From Marsupella aquatica (taxonomy: Eukaryota > Plantae > Marchantiophyta), in contig OZ316891.1 of assembly GCA_973895155.1 (NCBI GenBank), positions 21,278,169-21,342,168 on the forward strand: 64,000 nucleotides of DNA, written 5' to 3'. Of the stretch, positions 1-12,176 are shown in pieces (position 1 is the first letter of the stretch; the number at the start of each line of letters is the position of its first letter). The translations under genes were made by a program, and so were the position numbers. The notes under the pieces were generated by a model. That model saw only the letters and a program-made list of their open reading frames with translations, had not been told where the DNA came from and ran no database searches.

Positions 1-137
1 AATGGGGCCCATGACTTGGTGGAAGAGTGGCTAATGGTGTCAGAAAAATGTAGTGAATATTAGCCAAAAGTGGCCAAAGGTTTTTGGGGAGGTGGAATTT
101 GGCTAAAATTTGCACTTAAAAAATACACAGAGTTGTG

Positions 138-708
138 TCCCTATCTGTGATTATCTTCTCTGGAAAACTAATCAATGGCTAGCTTTGAGGTTTCTTTATT
201 CTCAACTTTGACCTTCATTGATCGTAAGATTTTAACAAAGTATACCAGCATTGAAGTGAATACAAATAAAGCTTCTTCTCGGGCTTCTAGAGGCATGTGG
301 CTATGAAAGCATTACAATTAATATGTGTTAGCTGGCTTGAAGTAACAACTTGTCAAATGTCCTTGTTCACAACTCTTCAGAACTTTCTTATCAGAACTCT
401 AAGTGGATTGCATGAGTGTGATTCACCACCAATCAAGCAAAACTTGCTTGTGCACCAAAGCTGACTAAGCCAACTTCATCATACAGATCATCTTTGTGCT
501 TTTTACATTCACAATCAATACTTCTTAGTTCATTTGTGTACCTTAGTAATATTGTATCTTAGGTAAATCACCTTAGAAAACATTTGTGTATCTAAAATTC
601 AATGCTTCTTAGTAAATCTTAGTACCCATGAAGGCCAAAGTTGAGAATAAAACAAACACAAAGCTAGCCATTGATTAGTTTTCCCAAGAAGATAGTCACA
701 AATTGGGA
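138..708. mobile_element. Foldback/MITE-like element with ~75-bp imperfect inverted repeats
   Basis: ttatcttc..ggaaaactaatcaatggctagcttt..ttattctcaactttgaccttcat (~151-218) is the imperfect reverse complement of ~628-700. AT-rich non-coding interior. Confidence 0.5.
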
Positions 709-719
709 AGCACCTGCCT

Positions 720-1400
720 TCTAAGCCAATTTACGTAAGCCGACCTCACCTAAGCCAACTGATGAGAGAAAACCTTGCCTAAGCCAAGTTGGAGCCTACC
801 TCAAAATTTAGACCAACTTTGTCCATTTTTTATATCATTTCTACTAGTCAAAAAAAGGTGTGAGTTTACTACGTGATAGTATGGACATAGCCTTATACTG
901 TGGTAGAAGCTGAGTACTACTGAAGCTTGAAGTTGAGAAATAAAAATAGACAACGATATCCAATGATCAATTTGCTGCACTATACACAAATGTCTTGGAA
1001 GGTGATTTACCTAGATGACTGCACCTAAGCTAACCTTAACTCAATGTGACCTAAGCAGATTTAACCTCAGCCAACCTTACCTAAGCCAAATTGACCTTAA
1101 GTGACGTTACCTACACCGAGTTTGAACTTAGAGCATGGTTGTGCATTTTTACTTAGTTTCATTTCTACTTGATTTAAAAGTTGAAAGATTTTAAAGCTCA
1201 TGGAATAGACATGGTGATACATGCTGGTAAAATCTTGGTACCAACGGAGCACATGGTCAAGAATTAAAAATAAGGCAAAGGTAGCCAACATTTGATTAGT
1301 TTGTCACAAATGACATAATTAAATGCTTTCTAAGTTAATTTGATCTAGGCAGATCCAACCTGAGCCGACCTCACCTAAGCTGATCTGACCTAAGCTGTTC
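720..1400. repeat. Clustered short repeats (acctaagcc/acctaagct motif)
   Basis: Many degenerate copies at 720-790, 1020-1100 and, partly inverted, 1330-1400. Typical of subterminal TE repeats. Confidence 0.5.
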
Positions 1401-1672
1401 ATGCAAATGCTTGTGCTCTTGTTTGTTTGGGTTTGAGTGGTCTTTGCCCTCTTTCCCCCTCTATTCTGTAAACATATTTCCTGAGACAAAACTGAAAACA
1501 ATTCAATCAATCTATGCATTAATGTGGCTTGGAAAAATCAGTAACAATTAAACCTAATAAATCTTTCCATGATATGTGAAGGGTTGTGAAGTGAACATTT
1601 GTGATTTCTCACTCGACCAATAATACTGTCAATGTCCTTCTGCTTATAAATGGACATCCTTATCGGTAGTTA

Positions 1673-3912
1673 TGTTGAGATAAAATTGGACAACATGTTG
1701 TCACATGGAAGTAGTGTACAAAATATATCTATCTTGACATAGACATTTTTGGTTCACCCAGTTTAGGGTGCGTACATGACCAAAAGAAAAAATTCATTAT
1801 ACATTAACACCATACAATGGCCATACATTGGCAAGTCACAAGTAGTGGTGGACCTTGCCACCCAGCGCCTTCACCAATCCCATCACTCACACCTAAGTGC
1901 CCTTGGTGCCCGAACGCCTCCACGGAATACCTCGAGCAAGCACCCTAGTGCCCCTTGCACCACCCGCGACCCCTCCCATATGAAGCCGCACTTGCTCACC
2001 TACACGACCGCTACTCAACGGTCCTCACTGTCTGCACAAGCAACCAAGCACCTCGGTAAGTAACCCTCCAGGATCTAGAACTCGTCCAGTCTAGCATCCT
2101 AACTCAAGCTCAACAGACGTTGGTAAATAGGTCAGCGATAGGTCCTCCCGATGCCATAAGCCGGAACCAGAACCCATGTCCACTCTTCGTCCAGAACAAC
2201 TCCTTCCTTGGGCGCGGCCCGGGCTCCCCCTCGTACCTATCCATCACCAACTGACCGCCCTGACCCCAGGACATGCTCATGGCCCATATAGCGTAGCTTG
2301 TCCTAAAGCTTGTCCCAACACGCCAGGACCAGAACGGCCGAGACTATAGCAACCAACTCCCGGTTTGCCCCACTGATGGTCTAGGGGCCAAGCACCTTTG
2401 GAACTCAGCCTCCACACCTACTTGGCCTTGCCGCACCAACGCAAGCTCCCTTGGGAGACTGAACGCGGCTTGGCTGCTGTTCTGCAGGATTTGGCAAGCG
2501 GGAGAGCTAACACCCGCAAACCACGAGAACCCCTGGCACCCCCAGACCCAGCTGAGCTCAAAAGGGCGTAGCCCTCCTCAAGAGCTTTCCAACGCACCCA
2601 AGAAGTCCTCTAACGGACTTCCCGTTGGGAAGATATTGTCATTTATGTTTGGCGGTTTCCCTTAGTGTCGCGATCACCGCGGCTCACGACTTCGGCTCGC
2701 CCTTAGCCCCCAAGGAGACACCACTCCCCTCATATATGCTTCTGGAGACCTGCCAACCCCGAACCAGATTTGGTCCCTAAACATTTGGCCCCCAACCCGG
2801 ATCCTATCTCGCATAACGGGCGCGCCACCAACTGGCAACGCCCATAACTTTCCTATTAGGCATCCGCAAGCGGAGTGCCTTAGCCCGTTGTGATCGGGCT
2901 GACCAGTGCTCATGCCTAGGCCCTGAGGTCTGATCGCCGCTCGAGGTCCTCGACCGGCCCAACCCGGATCGGGCCATAACTTGCGCCCCAAGCGTGTTAG
3001 ATATTGCTCTAGTCTTGTGACTCATGAGCTAACTACAGTTAGGCTAACTCGGGTTAGGACTTAGCTAATGTTAGCGGTAGTGCTATTGTGCATATAGCCA
3101 GGGCTGATGCCAGACCCTGGTGGAACTTAGGCTCATTGTTACGGAGCTAGTTGAGAGATAGGAAGAGCTTGTGCTGTGGATGCTTGGTATGGCCGGTCGG
3201 CCTAGAGTGCAGTAAAGCTCTTGTGTGTTCCCGTGGACGTAGCCTCATGTGGAGGTGAACCACGTATCTCTCTGTGTCGACTCTTGTGCGTTGGATGGTT
3301 CATGGGCTTGCCGTTGCGAATGTCGTCTATGCTCAACAAAGCGTCCGTTGCCCATGGCGTCAACTCCATTGGCCTTGGGCCCAAGAGGAGCTCACACTGA
3401 ATCCCCCAGAACTCAAAGTCCATCCGGAGATTCGGACGGCCATCCTTGAGCCCGGCCCATTTCCCCTTGACTCGACCAGCTATCAGCTAGTCCAAGTCCT
3501 TGGTGTGTGTCCCCAGCTTGGCTCCTTGCCTCGCTAGTGCCACGTCTCATTGACCACAAGTCTCCCCATGCTAAGTCCTCCCCGGATGGCCTATCCGCGC
3601 CTGGACCATAAGGGAGCTCGGCGTCAGAGTCAGCGACGCACGGAGCTAAGTGTTAAGGTGGTCGAGTTCCAACGACTCAAGCTGAGCTCCATGACACAAT
3701 TATACTCTTCTCTCTTTCTAGTCTCCAACTCTCGACCATTGATCTCTCGTGTGAGCACAATAAAGTGTTCCTCCAAGGTATAGGCCCAACCCTCTCCACT
3801 AGTCTAACCTCAGCAGCAGCTAACCATGATTAAGTTGTGCTCCAGTTAACCTATTTAACCACTTGCTAGAGTTAAAGTATCAACAAGTTGTTAACCCTTG
3901 CTACTCTCAACA
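1673..3912 (+). mobile_element. Probable solo LTR of an LTR retrotransposon
   Basis: Inverted termini TGTTGAGA (1673) and TCTCAACA (3905-3912), GC-richer body, plant-LTR-like motif ccgtggacgtagc...gaaccacgtatctctctgtgt at ~3230-3280, no gag/pol. TSD imperfect. Confidence 0.5.
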
Positions 3913-5248
3913 ATGTTATAATGGATGGAGCACTTGTAAGAAAGAACGCACACCCTATACCTCCCCCACTTAACCCTAAACCTACGCCCCTTTCCCCTTA
4001 CCACATCAAGCAACTTTCCTAATTTGTTGGCACCAAACAAATTTTGCCTTTTGGTAGAGTCCAATTGAAAGAAAATTGGTTGGAAAATTAATGCTGAATG
4101 TTACTCTAACAAATCCTAACTAGATCCACATACGGGTTAGAAACTGTTTAATGAGCTGGAGTAAAAGGGCACTAACAGGGATTAAACTTGAAATCAGATT
4201 CTCCCGGGGGTTCTCCTTATTTTTAAAATGATTTTGTAGCTGACGTGGAAACCTCCATTGAGCAACCTGTGCAACTACTGTAGCCTGGAGGCAGGGAAAC
4301 ACTTGTTTATTTATATATTGTATTTTAAATATAATTCTACAACTACTACAAGCACCTCAGGCACAATACATATTAAACCTGCCCTAGACTGTTTTGGAAT
4401 GAAACCCATGTGACGTGCAACAGCACAACTCAAGCAGAGTCTAGTAGACTTGAGAATTCTTATCTTTAAATAAGGGCAAAGTAGACTACTATCTCTCAAC
4501 AAGCATGATGAGGGAGGACTTTTTCTTGGTTATTTTAGGGGGTACCTGCAACTGCCATGATAGCGGTATATAAAAATATAAGTAATAAAGTGCAAACAAA
4601 AGGTGTGGGTTTGCAGTCAAGAGTAGACTGAAGCCATGACAAAAGATGGCAGTTGACAATAAAGCTATCCGTAATGTAGTGAAATGATGGCAGAGTTAGG
4701 AAAATCTTGGGTGAGTTGAGTTAAACTAACTACGGTTAAGAAAATGGGGTTGAAAATTTTAGGGCTCCACTGCAAATATTTTCAACCTTGATTTTCAGCG
4801 GAAAAAAATTTTCACTGATAGTCCTGTGTGCTGCGCGCTGCTTGCTGCAACTTCTTCCAGCCAAATCGCTGTGTGCACCCGATCGCCATCTTCTATCTCG
4901 AGAGGCTGCAAGGGAGACTGGACCAAGCAACATTGTTGAAGGCATGGTCAGGAGGAGCTGCCAGGTTTTCTTTCTATTCATTTGAAGTCATTTGCAAGCT
5001 GCATCTCGCTGTATTAGGGATTCTTGTTGGGCTCTTTAGGGTAGCGCACAATTATGTTGATTTGTTCAATCCATTTCCGTTGTGCAGATTGGATGCAACT
5101 TGAAAAAAATAGGAGTTTCCAAGTGGACCGCAAGTACAAATGGGAGTTGAGGCAGTGCAACAACAGAAGCCCAAGTTTTCTGGTAAGTTGAAGGAATGAA
5201 TGGAAAAAATTGATGCTTCTAGTCGGGTTCTAATGTGATTGGTGATCA

Positions 5249-6293
5249 ATGCTTCTTTACTCGATGGATGTACTCTGTTCTGCACTGGCAAAGTGTAAAG
5301 CAATTCTTGAACATAGTAGACGATTGGAGAGTCCTCCCAAGTTTCCAGTCCAGGAGATTTCAGCAGTTCAACCTTCCAATTGTGGGAGCTCGACATCAGA
5401 TGGAGAAGATTCAGTCTCAGATGACCAGTTGGGTGCCCAAGAAATGAGTCATGAAGATTTGGCTGAATTGCCAAAAGGTAAGGGAAAGGCAAAGAGCAGA
5501 GTCGTGCCTAGGACAGGAAAGAAGTTGAGTAAAGAAATACCAATTGAGAAGTTGACCCGCCAGCTTGTGGATGATGACCATGTGGGTAAGCTGGTCCGCT
5601 GTTACAGGAAGCACTTGACAGCCGTTAGCAAGGGACGGAAGAAGAAGATAAACAGATGATTCCTAATACAGTTTGGCTGGAGGTCTATTATGACTACAAG
5701 ACGGATTTTCCAACATCAGTTTTCCAGAAAGAGAGTTTGAAGGAGCACTTACAAACTGCCCTTAAGGAGATGTCATCAGGGGTGACTAATCCAGAGAATG
5801 GGGACGGTACACAACCACAGGATGTGAATATTATGCAGGAGCTCATGGAAACAGAAGCCTCTAAAACCAGAAATGTCTTGAGGACTAGGAACGGAGCATT
5901 TTTGAAGAGCACATCAAGTTCTGGACAAGGAACCAGTGCATGGCCTGCTGTTTCTCATCCACAAGATCCCCCTCGGCCAGGGCGCCACAACTTCAGAAAG
6001 ATAGTCCAACCCAGGCAAAGGCTGTCAATGGAAAACTCCCAACCAAAAGCCAACAACTTAAAATGGCAGGGGACAACAAGTGAGTTTAAGGGGATGAAGG
6101 AGGACTTCCAGGGAGACAGTTTAGCGAAAAGAAAGCTAGATGAGGCAAGGGTGGACATCTTGAGGGACAAGCAAATATACTAGACCAGCAGAATGTTTTG
6201 GCCAAAATCCAGCTATTGAAGGAGCAAAAGGCACTGGACCTGATATCAGAAGATGAATTTAAGGCTAAATGCAGAGCTGCATTTGGGATGTAG
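5249..6293 (+). pseudogene. Harbinger accessory (Myb/SANT-like) protein, frameshifted
   Basis: ORFs 5249-5659 and 5656-6183 plus a shifted tail LDQQNVLAKIQLLKEQKALDLISEDEFKAKCRAAFGM* ending 6293. Helical KLVRCYRKH...VWLEVYYDY segment. Convergent with the transposase. Confidence 0.55.
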
Positions 6294-6673
6294 ATTCAGG
6301 CTTTGTATTACAAGCAGTAGTGGTGCCAAGTAGTATTAGTAGGACAAGATTTGTAGTTCTCTAGAGAACAAGAGATGCTCCCAAATTTAGAGTGAGATAG
6401 GATTGTAACGTACTGATATGAATCTGAAATATAATTTTTGAGTTGTGCACTAGATGCATCCAAATTTTGAATTGGAAACTAAGTGTTTTTTGTTGTTCAA
6501 TTCAAAATGTCTCCAACACTCTGTCCACCTCACACCCATTTATTTAGCATGGGAAACTGAAGACTTGTCAAAAACAAGTTACCTTTATTTCAAAATGGGC
6601 TTCACAAATGATGAAACAATTACATTTGTGTCACGATAAAATAGGGTTGCTCTGGTATACAGAGCCTGAAAAA

Positions 6674-7907
6674 CTAAGAATCTCCAACCCAACCATGGTT
6701 CTCTCTTCTAACTTCATGAGGACCTTCAAATCGTGCTTGCATATCCATCCTTCTACAATGAATGGAATTTTTCATGATTGCACAGGCCCTGAATGAGGTT
6801 GCAAACTTAGGTCTGTGAAGGTCAAACCTTTTCATCATCCTTTTCATCATCTGCCTCCATTTTTGCTTCACGCCCCAATGACCCACTCAACCCGTACTCT
6901 GTACCCAACATGCATCTGATTAAATAACTTCATGGTCCTGTCGGTAAATGCAATGTCCTGATCTCAGTTTTACTAAATCCTCTCATCACAAACTTTTCCA
7001 TTCCTGTGTAACCAGAGTCGCCTAAGAGACATTCACAGTATCCAGGCACATTCTTGAATAGTTGTCTCCAGTTGCCTTCCATCCATGAATGCTTGAGTAT
7101 AGTAACATCATGGTAAAACCCTGGGTAGCCTCCATCCACAAACCTGAACAGTCCATCATGATCAACCACAACAGTTGAGTTCATGCAGTACATCTTCTTC
7201 CGCCCCTAGAACCACTTCTTATGCTTAGGATTCTCAAATGGTCTCGTGACTCTCACCAATGTTCCGTCCACAAACCCAATGCAACCAGGGAGTTGGGGAA
7301 TGCGGGTACATAAGACCCTTCTCTCGTCTTTGTTTGGCCATGAAATTTCTTGTCCAAGTGCTTCATTTACACAACTTGCAATGAAGATGGAATTGTCACA
7401 TAAGGCTGACCTAGCCCAGATCCAGATGGAAGCATCTAAGTAGATTATATTGTCATGCTTTGTGTACATGACATAGGCAAGCACTCTCTGTTCAGCTATC
7501 AATTTGCAGGGACGACCTGAAGCTATGTGAGATGTTCCTGTGGTTCTAGCATTAGCCTGAATGATGGGACATACAAAACCACAAAATTCATGGAATTCCT
7601 CAACTGTAAAACTAGTCAACTCTTTGAAACTGGGTTTGAAATGTGATGGATTCTGGATTGTTCTACCTAGTACATCATTAGCTGGCATGTGGCTGATCAG
7701 TGTGGATTGGCTTCCTCGTGTCATCTCAATTGACTGAAAGCACTCAAGCATGCTTACATATGCAACAAGAGCCCTGCCTACAATCATAAGCATGTGCTGC
7801 AGCAAGTTCTCGCGTGCTGCATTCTCCTCATCATCGCTGCTGCCCTCAATACTATCTACGTCTGAAAAAACAATGTCACCATCACCTCCATGGTTGTCAG
7901 CATCCAT
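6674..7907 (-). pseudogene. HARBI1-like DDE transposase (DDE_Tnp_4), disrupted
   Basis: Motifs CIGFVDGT, KWF*GRKKMYCMN (in-frame TAG at 7206-7208), YPGFYHD, LLGDSGY, then after a frameshift LFNQMHVGYRVRVEWVIG and a second shift to GVKQKWR. Confidence 0.85.
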
Positions 7908-9420
7908 CCCTAAGGTTCCGCTTGTTCTATCTCACCGCTGAATCTCTTGGTCTCGATCTGAATGCAATGCACATGAAGCTGCAAGCCCTAGTTGCTGTCT
8001 AAGCTAGTCGACTATAGTGGAAACTCCGTGATGGCTGCCTCGATCAGTTCCTCCCATGTTATCAGCTCTACATTGTAAGGTCTTAATCGGTCAATCCCAA
8101 GAACAGAGCACACAAATAGTGCCCGACCCAAACGCACGGAAACTGCGACTCGTGTCCTTGGTTCACTAACTCGACCATCTTTTAAAAACTCACCTAAATA
8201 TGGGTGACTTTGCAGATATCAACAATTCACCCATGGTCTTAAAAAATCAACGATGAAAAGAAGGGTGACTTTATGGATATATCTAATGCTGCCATTGCTT
8301 TTTTTGTATTCATAAAAATGTAATGATTTTGTATATGGATCACAAGTTCACCAAGGTAGGGGAACATATACGGAAATAGTGGAATTTGTAAATACAAGAA
8401 AATTATGGCAGTTTTATAAATTCAAACATCTTTAGTGACAATATACTTAAAAAAATGTAAAAGAGTTTTACATCCTTGCCAGTATCTCCTTTAGGATGCT
8501 CTTTTGACATGCTCTATTTTACATCATCTACATTTATGTCCCAAGGAACGACAATCAAACTTGTTTGAAAAAGGGAGAACCTAAAAGGATTATGATCTAA
8601 AGGGTGACATGCAATTACCTGTGCACCCTTGACTCCAATTTTGGGTGACCAAAGCAAAATCCAGGCATATGGTCTATAAAAAATGTATCTAATAAAGTGG
8701 GATAGAAAGCTAAGATAAGGGCTTAGAATCTTGAGTGAAGTCTCATCACCTATTTACGAGCCTATCCACATCTTAAACTCCACATCTTAAACATGACTTG
8801 TAAATCCCATGTGCACCTTGACCCCAATTTTGGGGTGACCTAATCAAACTTATCAGCGCACACAGTTTGTGTGGCTGTTGTGTGGCTGTTGTGTGGCTGT
8901 TTGTGGATGCTCACCTAGAATTCTAAAATCCACGAGGGCAGGTATTGTGCGGGGTGCGTCGGTGCCTACAACACAAAAGTCATCAGAACAAATCACGAGG
9001 TGGGAATAGGTGTGGAAAGTGTCCAACCATTAAAATAATGGGATATGTCGGTTGAGCCTGGCAGCATAATGCCTCCATCGATGCCTGGCTAAAGGATAGG
9101 TCTCCAGTTTGTGGAAAGCTTTGAACGGTTGACCGCAAAGTACTGGAGTGTGAAAGACTGAAAGTTAAAGTGCCTTGGCTGGAGGGAAGACTATTTATTT
9201 CTCCTGTATAAAGATTGTTGACCTGGATGGCTGGATTTGGAGACTAAACGGTGTACTTAATGGTATGATTTGTTTTTAATATTCTTCAATGCCTTTTCAT
9301 ATTTGAATTATATTATTTTACTGTCTAAGTGCAGGCTCTCGGGCACACACCCCAAGCTTGTAGTTCATCATAAGTGCATGTTACAATGGTTCATATGTGT
9401 ATGTTACAATTTTCAATAAT

Positions 9421-9766
9421 TACACTGTTCACATTATTTAGTGTGACTAACACTAATTCGAGAACACCCATTTTCAGAGTCTACTCGTGAATTAATGTTA
9501 GTCACACTAATTTTGTACTAACACTATTTTGGCGCACATGAAATAATGTTACTCTGGTCTTAAGAGTGGAAAAATAGAAAGAAAAAACTATTTGGAAAAA
9601 TACACTACAATTAGTGTTACTTTGGACTAAATTTCATCCATTTTTAACAAGCAATTTAAACTAAAGTGAACAAAATCTGTTCTGAAAACCGACAAAAATG
9701 AGTGTTACTTGGACTCAAAATCATTTCTACCAAAAAATTTGTACACTAACTACGGTGAACAGTGTA
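9421..9766. mobile_element. MITE (~345 bp)
   Basis: TACACTGTTCAC (9421) and GTGAACAGTGTA (9755-9766), extendable imperfectly to ~24 bp. The terminal TA may be the TSD. Internal 22-bp hairpin at ~9438-9510. Confidence 0.7.
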
Positions 9767-9789
9767 CATATTACATATGAAACAGCTTA

Positions 9790-9986
9790 TGCATTTCCAC
9801 AAATGTCTTGTCAGGTCATACACATTTATTTATCATATCCAAAACAAGATTCAACTGAATAAGTGCATGAACCTAAAATTATGAAAGAGCTTAATATGCA
9901 CTTCCACAAATGTCTTGTCCGGTCATACAGATCTACTTATCATATCCAAAACAAGATTCAACTGAATAAGTGCATGAACCTAAAAT
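9790..9986. repeat. Tandem duplication, ~107-bp period
   Basis: ttccacaaatgtcttgtc..ggtcatac...aagtgcatgaacctaaaat occurs twice. Confidence 0.8.
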
Positions 9987-10675
9987 GTGTAATTATTTGC
10001 TGCACTTATCAATAAATGCTTTTAACACATGTGTTTTAATGCATCTATATTCTTATAGACTGAAAATGCCCTTATGTATTTGTAGTTTAGTGACGGGCAA
10101 CCTGCACTAGACTGTGCATTTATTGGTGCATTTACAAAATAATTTGCTCTATTACTGGGGACTACACAACCACCCTGCAATTACCCACTTAATGTAGTTA
10201 AACAGTCTGCACTTATTCATGGTAGACTGTATAATGTTCCAAAAATCTCTACCAAATTCATTTTAGGGTTTTAGGTAGATGGTAAATAAAATAAAAACCT
10301 CAATGAATCGAAAGAAAAGGCCCAGATGGACTAAGACATTGTCCTTGCCCATCCCATGAACTGCATAAAGCGGTCATCACTTTTACACCGAAAAGAAAAA
10401 AAAGAGCCCGTCATGGATCCCTGTTGACAACTTTTACTACCTTTGGAAGTAGTCAAGGCGTCATTGTGATCCTAAGCAATGGCATGATGTCTTGATGTTG
10501 TTTAGGTTCAAGGTCATCAAGTAATCAAGATACCAATAAAATCAGTTGGATAATGTAATTGAAATAGGCTGCAAAGGGCAAGGAGACTGTGTACAAGTTA
10601 AATTTCAATAAAAAATGTAAACAGTGTTATCTCAGTCAGTTTCAATGTTCTGAGCAAATCCATCCAAGCTTTGCC

Positions 10676-10750
10676 GATCCATCTGGGCTTCATCGACAAA
10701 GTGGAGGTCCATCTGGGCTTCATAGACAAAGTGGAGGTCCATCTGCGCTT
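10676..10750. repeat. 30-bp tandem repeat (~2.5 copies)
   Basis: tccatctgggcttcatmgacaaagtggagg repeated. Confidence 0.75.
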
Positions 10751-10943
10751 TAGTTTCAAATGAAACTATGAAAAAAGGAATTTAATAAGATGACTTTGCT
10801 GCAAAGATAGAACCTCTCATAGGATGGACTTTTCAGATTTGGTGTCACAGTCCGTCGACTGACACTCAGTGTGTCACACTACAACTGTTCTCGTACCCCT
10901 TTTTAACTGCACTCGTTCCCCTCGTACCTTTTCCCTTTCTTTT

Positions 10944-11000
10944 CTTTCGTTTCGTTCGTTTCGTTTCGTTTCGTTCGTTTCGTTTCGTTTCGTTTCGTTC
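10944..11000. repeat. (TTTCG)n microsatellite
   Basis: Read directly from sequence. Confidence 0.9.
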
Positions 11001-11835
11001 CTCTTGCTCGGCATTTCTCTTCGTTTGCTGGGTGATTTTGTCAGCCCCCGAGCATCTGTGTCTTGAGTTAGCAGCAGCAGCAGCATGATCCACTGCATCT
11101 AGTGATGGTCCAGTTTTGTTTTCCGTGGGGCTTCCTGCCAACAGTTTAAGTGACTTGGTTCTTTTTTCCTCTGGTCCTCTGCATGAACATCGAGAAGGAG
11201 GTCTGATCTCTCTTCAGCATTCGTGAGGTTTTTGAAAGGGGTGGGTGAAGGATGTTGCTGTAGAGCTCACGATAGATAGACGACAGGGAGACTGGTTGGT
11301 AGCAGTAGTACCGTCGCCACGCCGCTCGAGGCGGGCGAGGTGTCCCTGCAATCAGTCGGCCAGACAGATGGTCGGGAGGAGAGCACTCAGCAGCTACTGA
11401 ATTGCGAATAGTCATTGTGCACGATTCCACTGCAAAAAAATCATGCTCGATCGGCCATCTCTCTTCTGAGATCCGTCGACAGGGGGTGATTGCAGCAGTT
11501 TAAGTAAAGCATCAGCGCTCACGTCCTCCTGCCCAAAGAAGTTCTCTCGTTTCTTCTTCTTCGGAATCGAATGGTTTTTCATTACCATCAAGATTTTCGC
11601 TCGGACCTTGTGCTCAGCACCGTGGTGAGACAGACGCCATATAACGGTGGTGATTTGTTGATCTTCTTATTGGCCCTTAGACTAGAACCCCCCTAGTGAT
11701 CGATGGGCCAGAAAGCAGTCTTGGTCGTAGAAATGGTGTAGGACTCTTTGGCTCGGCTGCCTCAGCTCAGTTTAGCTCAGCTCAGCCTAGCTCGGCTCTG
11801 GCTCTTGTTTGTGAGCATTCATTTGTTGGAGTAGC

Positions 11836-11838
<3 letters not shown>

Positions 11839-11868
<30 letters not shown>
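11839..11868. repeat. (AG)n microsatellite upstream of the MFS gene
   Basis: Read directly from sequence. Confidence 0.9.
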
Positions 11869-11870
<2 letters not shown>

Positions 11871-12176
11871 TTGGAGACCTGGCGAGAGAGACGTGGCTTT
11901 CAGTTCAATCACACTGTGATGTCGAGTTTATAGATAAACAACCTACAGTTGTTTGCTGATTATGACTGTTGATGAATACTTTCGTTCATCCAGAAAATGT
12001 CCAGTAGTTTCACTTCATTAGCAGTCAAACGTGCCACTTAACAAATTTGAAACCGAAAATGGAGAATATCATTTCTTGAACATCAACTCTTGAACCTTTC
12101 GAAGGTTGGGAAGGCTAGAGCCGTCATATGATATATTATCTTATCAGTAGCAACGAGAAGTGAGGGGAGAGGGAGA

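Larger units (their letters stand above)
4537..8490. mobile_element. Decayed PIF/Harbinger-like DNA transposon with two convergent genes
   Basis: Contains a HARBI1-type transposase pseudogene (-) and a partner ORF (+). Candidate imperfect TIRs agggggtacctgcaa (4537) and ttgccagtatctcct (8476-8490), 11/15 match, flanked by ttt/tta. Boundaries tentative. Confidence 0.6.

Noticed and set aside
10866-11141. ORFs of 65-91 aa
   Set aside because: Translation products of the (TTTCG)n microsatellite.
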